A DNA stretch of 36,567 bases, from the IMG/VR virus record IMGVR_UViG_3300031159_000045, positions 1-36,567 of that record; one strand, 5' to 3'. Position numbers and translations under genes: made by a program. Under the pieces are notes generated by a model that saw only the letters and a list, made by a program, of their open reading frames with translations, ran no database searches and was not told where the DNA came from. How positions within the stretch are numbered: position 1 is the stretch's first letter; every line of letters starts with the position of its first letter. Shown piece by piece: positions 25,651 to 34,311 of the stretch. The DNA is from a virus. Lineage: Duplodnaviria > Caudoviricetes.

Positions 25651-26220
25651 GTGGCAATGACATACGGCGAAATCATCGCGGAGGCCGACGAGCGGTATCC
25701 GAACGGCCTGACGGTGGATTCGAAACTGCGGAAGATTTACAACCGAGAAACGTTTCTCATGCGGACGATCTACCGCCAGAAGACGGCGACGGTATTCGAT
25801 GTGCAGGCTGGGCTGTTCCTGTACCCAATCAACTTCCACCATTCGAAAATCTTTCAGGCCATCTATGCCGGCAAATTCTTCGAATACGAGGACATTAACG
25901 ACAAGACCGGGCAGCCTCCGTTTATGTACACGTACGAGAATTACATCGGGGTTTATCCGACGCCGGACAAGGATATTCAGGGCGGCTTGCTGCTGTTCCA
26001 CTACGTCGAACCGACATGGCCGCTGTCGACCGGTTACTATCCGGTGTTTGACCCGGATTTCCCGATGGTGTTGGTCTATTCGCTTTGCAAAGACATGGCC
26101 GAGGTCAACAAGGAGTTCGACGTGGCCAACGGGTTCATTCAGCAATATAACGCCGAGATCGAGGAGTTCATGAAGGTTAACCGCGAGCCGGCGCCATCTC
26201 AGATGAGGGTGGAGTGGTGA
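25651..26220 (+). CDS. Head-tail adaptor (tail tubular A-like)
   Basis: 189 aa; IGVYPTPD motif; position. Confidence 0.7.
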   Translation: MAMTYGEIIAEADERYPNGLTVDSKLRKIYNRETFLMRTIYRQKTATVFDVQAGLFLYPINFHHSKIFQAIYAGKFFEYEDINDKTGQPPFMYTYENYIGVYPTPDKDIQGGLLLFHYVEPTWPLSTGYYPVFDPDFPMVLVYSLCKDMAEVNKEFDVANGFIQQYNAEIEEFMKVNREPAPSQMRVEW

Positions 26221-26222
26221 CG

Positions 26223-27953
26223 ATGAGTGTTGATTATGGGACCAACTCGGAGCTGATTGCGGGGCAATTGCTGAGTGCTTTGGAGGCGCAGCGGGTTTGG
26301 GGCACAATCATGGTCAACGTTATGGATTTTGGAGCCCGAGGAAATGGTGTTAATGATGACACAGCAGCCGTAAACAAGGCGTTCCTGGCGGCAAAAGAAA
26401 TTGGAGGGATGGTCATATTCCCTTCAACAACAAAGTCATATCGATTGTCCAAATTTAACGCATTACCGGGGGTAAATGTATTTGGAATTGGGAGACCTAA
26501 AATTGATCTGTTTTATAACAACGGCGGCGATCCTGTTCTTGTTGGTTTAAAAAGCGACGCAGTTTACGAAAATCTCCACTTCAATTGTTTGGAACCTGAC
26601 TTGGAGTGGAACCGAACTGATTTAACAAACCAAAATAATATCTTCATACGGAATTGTAGGTTTGAAGGGTTCAGGCATACGAGCGGTGGACCGAATGCTT
26701 GGGGCATTTATATGGACGGAACAACAAATGTTGTCATCGAGAACTGCCAGTTCGAAAACAATTCGCAATCGGATATTGCGATTGTAGAAGGGTGCCAAAA
26801 CATTACGATTATCAATGCTCAAGGTAGCGCTTTGCACTTGAACATTGAACCTAATGACGCATCAGCACTCATAAAGAATATCAAGGTAATCGGAGGTACT
26901 TATAATCAAGTCAGATTGTTGGAAAACTCCTTTACTTCGTACTGCATTCAGAATGCAAGTTTTACAGCTTGTCAAATCAATATACTTCGTTATAACGGGG
27001 GCGGAGCTAGTTTTGATTCCAGTTGCCGTATTGGGACAGTGGAAAACCCAGTATCAGCTAAAATTGGTGGGGTTGTAAACTTTGGTGGAGCTCTGTCATT
27101 CAGTAAAAACCTTCTTACTGACCCTCTATTGGTTAGTTATAGTAACACTGGTTCCTCCAATTGGAAACTGGGTTACACACCCGTCGGAGGCATGACTTCG
27201 CGTATAAATGACGCCGAGATTGGTCGTGTTTTCAAACTAAATCCAAGCAACACGAATTCAACAGTATCAATTGATAATGCGACTAATGTTGCTGTGTCAG
27301 AAAATACATTATATGCCGTTGTATTTACTGGAAGGGCCACATATCCAGTTGGCAGTACATTCATTAGTTACCTTGTACGGGTATCGTATTTGGATAGTGG
27401 AAGTACATTGATATCGGAAGAATATCTTCACTTTTGTAGGGCGTCTGCTGGAAATAAAAGCCCTCTTAATACTGAAACATGTATATTCAAAACTCCGGCG
27501 AATACTGCCTATTTAAAAGTTAGAATAACCAATGCTTCCGGGCAAAATTCTCCGGCTTCCGTCGATATTGTTGCCATTTCTTTGCATAAAGTGTTATCTA
27601 ACGGAATGACAATGAATAGTAGCGACGACATTAAGATGATTCATACATTGAGAAATGGTCCGTTGGCTGTAAATGCACCAGAAGTTCCTAAACCCGCTGT
27701 TGGTTATCCTGCGTATGAAGTAGGTGACAAATTTACATTAATTCCTGCGAATGGAGTCGCGATTGAATATGTTTGCATTACAGCAGGTTCACCAGGTACG
27801 TGGGTGGCATCTGGGCAAATTGGATACCGAACGTCGAGTGGAGCTCCGACCGTTACACCTAATTTTGTGGGTGAAGAACTTCTCGACACAACGAATGGTA
27901 AATGGTACAAAGCCAAAGGCGCAACCGGATCGGACTGGGTTGCCCTGAACTAG
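26223..27953 (+). CDS. Beta-helix tailspike / polysaccharide depolymerase (pectate lyase 3-like) with a CBM-like domain
   Basis: VNVMDFGARGNGVNDDTAA, NVVIENCQFENN repeats; low GC. Confidence 0.8.
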   Translation: MSVDYGTNSELIAGQLLSALEAQRVWGTIMVNVMDFGARGNGVNDDTAAVNKAFLAAKEIGGMVIFPSTTKSYRLSKFNALPGVNVFGIGRPKIDLFYNNGGDPVLVGLKSDAVYENLHFNCLEPDLEWNRTDLTNQNNIFIRNCRFEGFRHTSGGPNAWGIYMDGTTNVVIENCQFENNSQSDIAIVEGCQNITIINAQGSALHLNIEPNDASALIKNIKVIGGTYNQVRLLENSFTSYCIQNASFTACQINILRYNGGGASFDSSCRIGTVENPVSAKIGGVVNFGGALSFSKNLLTDPLLVSYSNTGSSNWKLGYTPVGGMTSRINDAEIGRVFKLNPSNTNSTVSIDNATNVAVSENTLYAVVFTGRATYPVGSTFISYLVRVSYLDSGSTLISEEYLHFCRASAGNKSPLNTETCIFKTPANTAYLKVRITNASGQNSPASVDIVAISLHKVLSNGMTMNSSDDIKMIHTLRNGPLAVNAPEVPKPAVGYPAYEVGDKFTLIPANGVAIEYVCITAGSPGTWVASGQIGYRTSSGAPTVTPNFVGEELLDTTNGKWYKAKGATGSDWVALN

Positions 27954-27964
27954 GAGGGATTACA

Positions 27965-28246
27965 TTGGCTCTTCAAAAGGATATAACAACACCGTCAGGA
28001 ATTGAGGTTAAAGGGGCTTACGCTCGAATCGATTCGAGAAGTGGAAAGAATAAGGGAACGATGACGTTCACTTTGAATTACTATGTGGACCGTCAAGCTT
28101 TTATTGATGGAAAATCAGAGATCATTCAGGAAGTTTATAGTTTTGTTCCATCTGTGGAAGAAAACGCCCTGAATGATATTAAACAAGGGTATGAGTATTT
28201 AAAAACTTTGCCAGAATTTGAAGGGGCAGTTGATATATTGGAGTAA
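27965..28246 (+). CDS. Small tail-associated protein
   Basis: TTG after AGGAGG; QGYEYLKTLPEFEGA C-terminus. Confidence 0.7.
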   Translation: MALQKDITTPSGIEVKGAYARIDSRSGKNKGTMTFTLNYYVDRQAFIDGKSEIIQEVYSFVPSVEENALNDIKQGYEYLKTLPEFEGAVDILE

Positions 28247-28247
28247 A

Positions 28248-28275
28248 AAACTGAGAGGGTGTACCCTCTCAGTTT
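28248..28275. terminator. Hairpin between convergent genes
   Basis: AAACTGAGAGGG-TGTA-CCCTCTCAGTTT; A-run gives a U-tail on the minus strand. Confidence 0.75.
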
Positions 28276-29569
28276 GCATTGCTTAATATTTTGGCTTGTG
28301 TCAATCGCCCGGTCTGTATTCCTGATAATTGATTGCTGCTTTCAAAAACTTCTTCAGTATTGAGGTTGTTCTTCAGGAAGACCAGCACCATCAACAAGGT
28401 AATATACCGGGTCGAAAATATATCAGGAATCAAGCAAGTTCCAAGCACGGTGAGCAAAATCAGCCAGGATTCATGCATACGATTCCGTGAATCAAGTATT
28501 GCAAAAATGAAAAGTGAGGTATCGGTTGGCCCATTAACGAAGAAATATAGTCTCTGCTAAATCCGTAACCCAATAATGGTTTTTCCTTAAACATATTGAT
28601 TGCAATCTCATAACCAACATCTCTCTCTGATGTGGAGAAAAGAATATCTTTAATACCGGATTGTTGCCGAACTGATGTGTAAAGACTATAGGCACCGAAT
28701 AAACCAACTACACCAAGAAAAGCAGAAACTAATTTACGAGTTACACCTTTTTGTCCAACGAAAATATACATCATGTATAAAGCAAAAAATACGACTAATC
28801 CTGTGCGGGCTGATGTAATCGCAGCACCAATTAAAATGATGATTGGAGTTAACCATGATTTAATTTTGGACTTTTGATTACTTAATAGCTGAATCGATAA
28901 GAAAGCGGTTGTTACTAAGTACAATGATGCATGGCTAGGTTCAGAAAATAGAAAGTAAAAAGACTGTCGGTTTAAAAAGAACTCTACAACCCCAATAGTT
29001 GTTCCGAATTTAAATAAAACATACTGTACTATGATGCCTATACTGGAGAAAAGTCCAGCCTTTATGTAACTTTTTTCAATGTACAGTAGATTAGTTTCAC
29101 TTATCACTCTTCCTTTAAGGAGAGCAACAAGCACAATAATGCTGTGAAAAGACAAAATAATAAACTGACTCAGTCCTTGACTAAAATAATTCGAGTTTGT
29201 GATCAATAAGGGGATGATCGAAAATAGTATTACAAAAAAAATAATGAGACCAAGCGTAAACATTGACCGGTTTAGTTTTATGTCTTTCTTCATCGAAAGC
29301 AAATGAATTATGAGAAGCAGGCCAAATAAGTAAAACCAGGCAATCGGTAGTTCTCCGTAATCGCCACCGAAAACATTACGCCATGATAACGGTATGCTAT
29401 AGCACATGATTTGCACTAAAGCGGTGGTCTTGTTCGACTTCTTTTTAAATTTTCTATAGGCGTACACGAAAAACAAAATGGAAAATCCGAAAATAGCGAA
29501 TCCGGGTATACTGTAAGTTACACCTACGGCCCATATGATTAACAAAGAAAAGTACAAAATATTTACCAT
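28269..29569 (-). pseudogene. Wzy/O-antigen ligase-family membrane protein, apparently frameshifted near the 3' end
   Basis: Multiple TM segments; FSEPS, TSARTG, PLLGYG, PH motifs; frame 28460..29569 stops early and a hydrophobic tail continues in 28269..28478. Confidence 0.7.
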
Positions 29570-29604
29570 TTTATCACCTTTAATCCGGAAGTCTTGTCTA
29601 ATTG

Positions 29605-29633
29605 ATAATATGATCGATGTATATTATTGTCAA
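29605..29633 (-). promoter_or_regulatory. SigA promoter of the wzy-like moron
   Basis: Minus strand TTGACA-17 bp-TATTAT; SD AAAGGTGA. Confidence 0.75.
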
Positions 29634-29670
29634 TCGAATAACATTTTTTAGAAAGGCGAGAGATGATAAC

Positions 29671-31095
29671 ATGTTAAACTACTGGCCCCGCATTTCACCA
29701 AAGAAGCCAACGCACACGCAGCGTGAATTCCTCGGGGTGGACAAGCGTGACCCATTCTCGCTCGACCCGCGGCTGTCCCCTCTGGCCCGCAACTTCATAA
29801 GTACAAACGCCCCAGCCCTGACCGTGCGGCCGGGGTTTTCTGTTTTAGGCGGAGCAATCGGAACCCGCGTGCTCGGCCTCGGGGCATGGAAGGAATCGGA
29901 GTTACACGCCATTTTCAACGATGGTACATGGCGGAAGTGGACAGGTTCGACATGGTCGACGCCGCTGGCTAGCGGGCTGAACACTTCGGCAGTCTGGTCG
30001 TTCTGCAACTTCAAAGGTAACCTCGGAGACGTGAATCTGATCGCAACGAACGGCGTCGATCCGATGAAACGATACGACGGCAGCACCGTAAGCAACGTTC
30101 CGACAGCCCCGGCTGGTGCTAACTTCATCGAGACGCACGACAACCGCTTGTACTGCGCCGTCGGACTGAAACTTTACTTCTCGCCAATCGGTATCGCCGA
30201 CAACTGGAACCTGGTCGAGCAAACGCCGGCGGACGGCGGCAACTTCGACAAGAACACACCACAGGGTGAATCGATCATTGGTTTGCGCGCGGGCTCCGGG
30301 CATGTGTTTGTGCTGTTCCCTTCGTCCTCCTGGGAGTTGTACGGCACGAGCTCGGAGGACTATTCCTACATGCCGGTTGCCGAGGACATCGGCGGGCTTA
30401 ATGACCAGTGCATCGTCAACCTGGGCGGCCTGATTTACTTTCTCGATGAGACCGGTATCTATGTTTACTCGGGTGGCACGCGGCCCCGGAAAGAGTTCAG
30501 CGCAGCCGTTCAGTGGTACGTCGACAACATGAATAAGTCAGCGAAGCTGACCAGCTGCATGGGGGCAGATGGTCGTTATCTGTACGTGGCAATCCCAATG
30601 AGCGCGAATGCAACAGCACCGGACACGATCCTGGTCTGGGATTCGGTGACCGGCATCTGGAACGTATGGGACGGTATCGACGCTGTTCTGATGGCGAAGG
30701 TTGGCGATACGATGTACATGGCCGATGCGCAGGGCCGTGTGCTTCGGATCGGAGGCACGACGGACAACGGCGCGGCCATCTCGTGGGAGTGGCAGCAAAA
30801 GCCGATCAGCGCCTCATCCATGGGGCAGTTGATCCGGTGGCGCGGCCTGTGGGTGACGGCGGTGAAGCCGGCCGGTAGTACGCTGCAGGTTTACATTACC
30901 GACCAGCCGATCGCCGACAGCGGGTGGAAGCTCGCCGGAACGTTCGGCAGCAACATTGATATGCAGATGCTCCCGATGCCGGTTCCGCCTGCGCTAATGG
31001 CTAACGCGCGCTTCCTGCGGCAAAAGATCACCGGGACCGGTCCGGCCACCATCTACGAAACGTCTTGGGACCAAATCGAGCTGCCGATTCGGTAG
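29671..31095 (+). CDS. Tail nozzle / stabilisation protein (tail tubular B or P22 gp10-like)
   Basis: 474 aa beta-rich; HDNRLY, LIYFLDETGIYVYSG; position. Confidence 0.7.
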   Translation: MLNYWPRISPKKPTHTQREFLGVDKRDPFSLDPRLSPLARNFISTNAPALTVRPGFSVLGGAIGTRVLGLGAWKESELHAIFNDGTWRKWTGSTWSTPLASGLNTSAVWSFCNFKGNLGDVNLIATNGVDPMKRYDGSTVSNVPTAPAGANFIETHDNRLYCAVGLKLYFSPIGIADNWNLVEQTPADGGNFDKNTPQGESIIGLRAGSGHVFVLFPSSSWELYGTSSEDYSYMPVAEDIGGLNDQCIVNLGGLIYFLDETGIYVYSGGTRPRKEFSAAVQWYVDNMNKSAKLTSCMGADGRYLYVAIPMSANATAPDTILVWDSVTGIWNVWDGIDAVLMAKVGDTMYMADAQGRVLRIGGTTDNGAAISWEWQQKPISASSMGQLIRWRGLWVTAVKPAGSTLQVYITDQPIADSGWKLAGTFGSNIDMQMLPMPVPPALMANARFLRQKITGTGPATIYETSWDQIELPIR

Positions 31096-31112
31096 AAAGG
31101 AGGGGATAAACA

Positions 31113-31820
31113 GTGGCAGAAATCCCAAAGTTCAGCGATCTGTCCGGAAAAGAAACGCTCGAAGAATTGATCGAGCGCGTTGGCGTCATTCAGAAATATC
31201 TCAACTGGTTCGGCGCCGGACGAATTTCCAGCATCAACATCCGGGAAATCGGTGGATATTCGGTCAGCCAGACAGAACTGAAGTCGAAGGACGGAGACGT
31301 CGGCATGTCTTCGGCCAACGACGCACCGGACCCTATTCGGCTGTGGGCAGGCAGCGCGGACAAGGATTCGGCCCCGTGGCGCGTTTATAAAAGCGGCAAG
31401 GGCGTAACAACAGGTTGGAGGATTCAAAGTTCTAACGGTGCTTATCCATATGTAGTTATGGATCCTGATGTCGATCTTTTTGGAGCCTACAAGTCTAATA
31501 CGGACTACATCCTCATGACTGCCCAGGAAACCATTAATTCACCGGAATTACAGTTTCACGCGTTCGAAACCGAAGGACGCATATTCGCCGTTAATGTGCT
31601 TGGTGTCAAAAGCCTTGTCGTCGCAACAGTAGCTGGCAAAGGAAACCTGCAACTAAGTGGAGATAATGTACTGTTAAGCCCGACTTTAGGCTATGTAAAG
31701 TTTCGTAATTGGAGTGAAGTTTATAACATCGACACAGGGCGAACCCTTAAACAAGATATCGACTCTCTTCAATCGCAGATTAATAGTTTGAACTTAAGGG
31801 TAACGGCTCTAGGCGGATAA
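31113..31820 (+). CDS. Putative tail protein
   Basis: IRLWAGS..KDSAPWRVYKSG motif; C-terminal coiled coil. Confidence 0.6.
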   Translation: MAEIPKFSDLSGKETLEELIERVGVIQKYLNWFGAGRISSINIREIGGYSVSQTELKSKDGDVGMSSANDAPDPIRLWAGSADKDSAPWRVYKSGKGVTTGWRIQSSNGAYPYVVMDPDVDLFGAYKSNTDYILMTAQETINSPELQFHAFETEGRIFAVNVLGVKSLVVATVAGKGNLQLSGDNVLLSPTLGYVKFRNWSEVYNIDTGRTLKQDIDSLQSQINSLNLRVTALGG

Positions 31821-31866
31821 TATTCGAAGTGTTAAACTGGTGGAAAATGGAGAAAGAGGGATGCTG

Positions 31867-32400
31867 ATGCGAAAACATATCATTAGTTTTATCGCTGGAA
31901 TTCTTTTTGCTTCTGCCATGCCGACTTATGCCGCCGTTACTTCGATCGCCGGAAAAAGCGTGAAAATACAAGGAGAATTTCCGGTTCTCGTTGACGGGGT
32001 CGAACTTCAAAAAAAATCCATCGCAATCGATGGTACGACCTACATTCCCCTAAGAGTAGCAGCGGATTCTTTCGGTTATGACTCTTCTTTCGTTAACAAG
32101 ACTGTCATCTTGGAAAAAAAGGAGGACGTAACGAACGTGGAAGAAACCCAGGAATCAACTCCAATTGAGCAGACCACAAAACGGAGAGTGGAGGCGATTG
32201 AAGAGGATATTGTGAATTGGACAATCCAAAAGCAAATGGTTCAAGGATCTCTTGATACCGCTAAATACAATGTCGAAAAGGGAATAAATGTTGAAAAGAA
32301 CCAGGAATCGATAAAGGAGTATCAGACGATTCTTGATACTATTAACCAGAAATTGAATGATCTCGAAAAGGAAAAACAGGCTGCAGAAGCAGCGCAATAA
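31867..32400 (+). CDS. Secreted protein with a copper amine oxidase N-terminal (stalk)-like domain
   Basis: Signal peptide ending in AYA-like YAA; IDGTTYIPLRVAADSFG. Confidence 0.7.
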   Translation: MRKHIISFIAGILFASAMPTYAAVTSIAGKSVKIQGEFPVLVDGVELQKKSIAIDGTTYIPLRVAADSFGYDSSFVNKTVILEKKEDVTNVEETQESTPIEQTTKRRVEAIEEDIVNWTIQKQMVQGSLDTAKYNVEKGINVEKNQESIKEYQTILDTINQKLNDLEKEKQAAEAAQ

Positions 32401-32406
32401 TATAAC

Positions 32407-32431
32407 AGGCGCCTTGTCGGGCGTCTTTTTA
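32407..32431 (+). terminator. Intrinsic terminator
   Basis: AGGCGCCT-TGTC-GGGCGTCT-TTTT. Confidence 0.7.
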
Positions 32432-32452
32432 TTATGTAAAGGGGACATCCAT

Positions 32453-32641
32453 ATGAGATTAACTGAAGAACAAAAGAACAAGTTGAAAAATAACCGTCTT
32501 CTTCTGTACGAAGCAAAAATCTTCGAATTGGAGATGGATCGCACAGCTGCAGAAGCAGCCGGAGACATGGAGGCATTACCGAATATTGAAGCGAACATTG
32601 AAAAATTGAAGCAGGCGGCTGCAGCCGTCGAGAAAATGTAA
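32453..32641 (+). CDS. Small helical protein
   Basis: SD AAAGGGG; 62 aa. Confidence 0.65.
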   Translation: MRLTEEQKNKLKNNRLLLYEAKIFELEMDRTAAEAAGDMEALPNIEANIEKLKQAAAAVEKM

Positions 32642-32645
32642 AAGG

Positions 32646-32675
32646 AGCCTACCAAATCGGTGGGTTTTTTATTTT
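32646..32675 (+). terminator. Intrinsic terminator
   Basis: AGCCTACC-AAATC-GGTGGGTT followed by TTTTATTTT. Confidence 0.65.
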
Positions 32676-32693
32676 GCCAGTGAGGTGATTCAG

Positions 32694-33902
32694 ATGGCCA
32701 CAAGCACGAACCAGGCCAACATCTGGGCCCGGCAGTATCTGCGGGATATGGGATACAGCGACGACCAGATTGGCTACGACAAAAACAGGAACATGGTCAT
32801 GGCCGGCGGCATGGACTTCTTCTCTCCTACCGTTACGAAAAACGGCATGGCCTACGGAACGCGGGACCAGCTCGACAACGCCTATCAAACTCTGAAGTAC
32901 AAGCAGGGGCAGAAACAAGCAAACGAACTCGTTCAACGGTTCAACGCCGCACTGAACAAGACATACACGCCGACACCGTTCACCTACGATCCGAACAGCG
33001 ACCCGCAGTATCAGGCGGCGCTGCAGCAGGCCCAGCAAAACGCCAAGATCGCCACCGGGAACGCTATGGCTGCGCTGAACGCCCGCGGCATCGACACCAG
33101 TAGCGTCATGGGTGACCGGGCCGCGCAAATCCAGCAGCAGTCGCTCGGCCAGGTGACAAGCGAAGTGCTGCCGCAACTCGTGCAGCAGGCATACAACCGC
33201 TGGGCCAACGAACAGGCGATGGCATACCAAGCTCAACAGGACGAGATTGCGAACCTCATGAACGCGCTCGGCCTGACCAACCAAATGAACCAGCAGATGA
33301 TCGACAACCGCATGAATGAGAAAAACGCGAACCTGAACGCTGCGCTCGCCGTCAGTGACCTTACCGGCCGGCAGATCACGCCGCAGTCGGATTGGGGCGG
33401 GCTGTTCCGGCAGGCCGCCAACCCGAATACGCCTTTGTCGCTTGCTGGCCAGCAACAGCGGTTTAATATGGATCAGCAGCAGTTCGCAAACGACATGGCA
33501 CTTCGGGAGTTTCAGGAGAACGTTCGTCAATTTGGTTTGGAATATGCGCTTCGTAAGGCGGCCCAGGACGCCAGCATTGCAAACCAAGAGGCGCAGACGG
33601 CGCTGGATTATCAGCGATTTTTGAGTGGCGGCACCGACGGCGGCAGCAACAACTACAACGGGCTTACGGCCAATCAGGCGCTGTCCGTGCTCAGGAGCCA
33701 GTATTCGGTACCAATATACGACGAGGAAGGCAAACAAACCGGCACGAAGATCACGTCCGACCCGGAAGCGCGCCGCCAGATGATTAACCAAATCCTGATG
33801 ATGGGCCTTCCGGATGCGGTGACGGATCAAGTCGCAGCCAGCATGGGCATCACGAACCAGGAGTGGCGCGCGGTCACTGGGGTGGATCTGGGAAATCGAT
33901 AA
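32694..33902 (+). CDS. Putative internal virion / DNA ejection protein
   Basis: Q/A/N-rich helical protein; FTYDPNSDPQYQ motif; position after the tail genes. Confidence 0.7.
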   Translation: MATSTNQANIWARQYLRDMGYSDDQIGYDKNRNMVMAGGMDFFSPTVTKNGMAYGTRDQLDNAYQTLKYKQGQKQANELVQRFNAALNKTYTPTPFTYDPNSDPQYQAALQQAQQNAKIATGNAMAALNARGIDTSSVMGDRAAQIQQQSLGQVTSEVLPQLVQQAYNRWANEQAMAYQAQQDEIANLMNALGLTNQMNQQMIDNRMNEKNANLNAALAVSDLTGRQITPQSDWGGLFRQAANPNTPLSLAGQQQRFNMDQQQFANDMALREFQENVRQFGLEYALRKAAQDASIANQEAQTALDYQRFLSGGTDGGSNNYNGLTANQALSVLRSQYSVPIYDEEGKQTGTKITSDPEARRQMINQILMMGLPDAVTDQVAASMGITNQEWRAVTGVDLGNR

Positions 33903-34306
33903 CCGGCAACCGCGTTAAGGTGCCAGCGCGGTATGCCGGTATGATCGATCAAGCGACGAAGAAATACGGATTGCCAGAAGGGTTGCTCGCGGCCGTGGCA
34001 CAGGCCGAATCCAGCTGGAATCCGAATGCAAAGAGTAGCAAAGGCGCGCAGGGTTTGTTCCAGTTCATGCCGTCCACGGCCCGAGGGTACGGCATCGATC
34101 CATATGACCCGGCCCAAGCGACGGACGCCGCAGGCAAGATGCTCAGCGGGTTGCTCGCCAAATACGACGGCGACCTGTCGAAAGCGCTGGCTGCCTACAA
34201 TTGGGGCGGGGGAAACGTCGACAAAGCTGTTCGTAAGTATGGAAACAACTGGCTTTCGCACGCTCCGGCCGAGACCAGGAAGTACATTAAGAAGATTCTG
34301 GGGTGA
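33863..34306 (+). CDS. Lytic transglycosylase (SLT) domain, probably reached by frameshift
   Basis: AESSWNPNAKSSKGAQGLFQFMP, ALAAYNWG, ETRKY. Confidence 0.9.
   Translation: MARGHWGGSGKSITGNRVKVPARYAGMIDQATKKYGLPEGLLAAVAQAESSWNPNAKSSKGAQGLFQFMPSTARGYGIDPYDPAQATDAAGKMLSGLLAKYDGDLSKALAAYNWGGGNVDKAVRKYGNNWLSHAPAETRKYIKKILG
33890..33940 (+). other. Putative -1 programmed ribosomal frameshift signal
   Basis: In-phase G GGA AAT at 33890-33896; 13-bp bulged hairpin at 33902-33940. Confidence 0.7.
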
Positions 34307-34311
34307 TAAAT

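Noticed and set aside
26223-27953. Diversity-generating retroelement or invertible tail cassette
   Set aside because: No reverse transcriptase, invertase or duplicated variable/template repeat was seen in the window.
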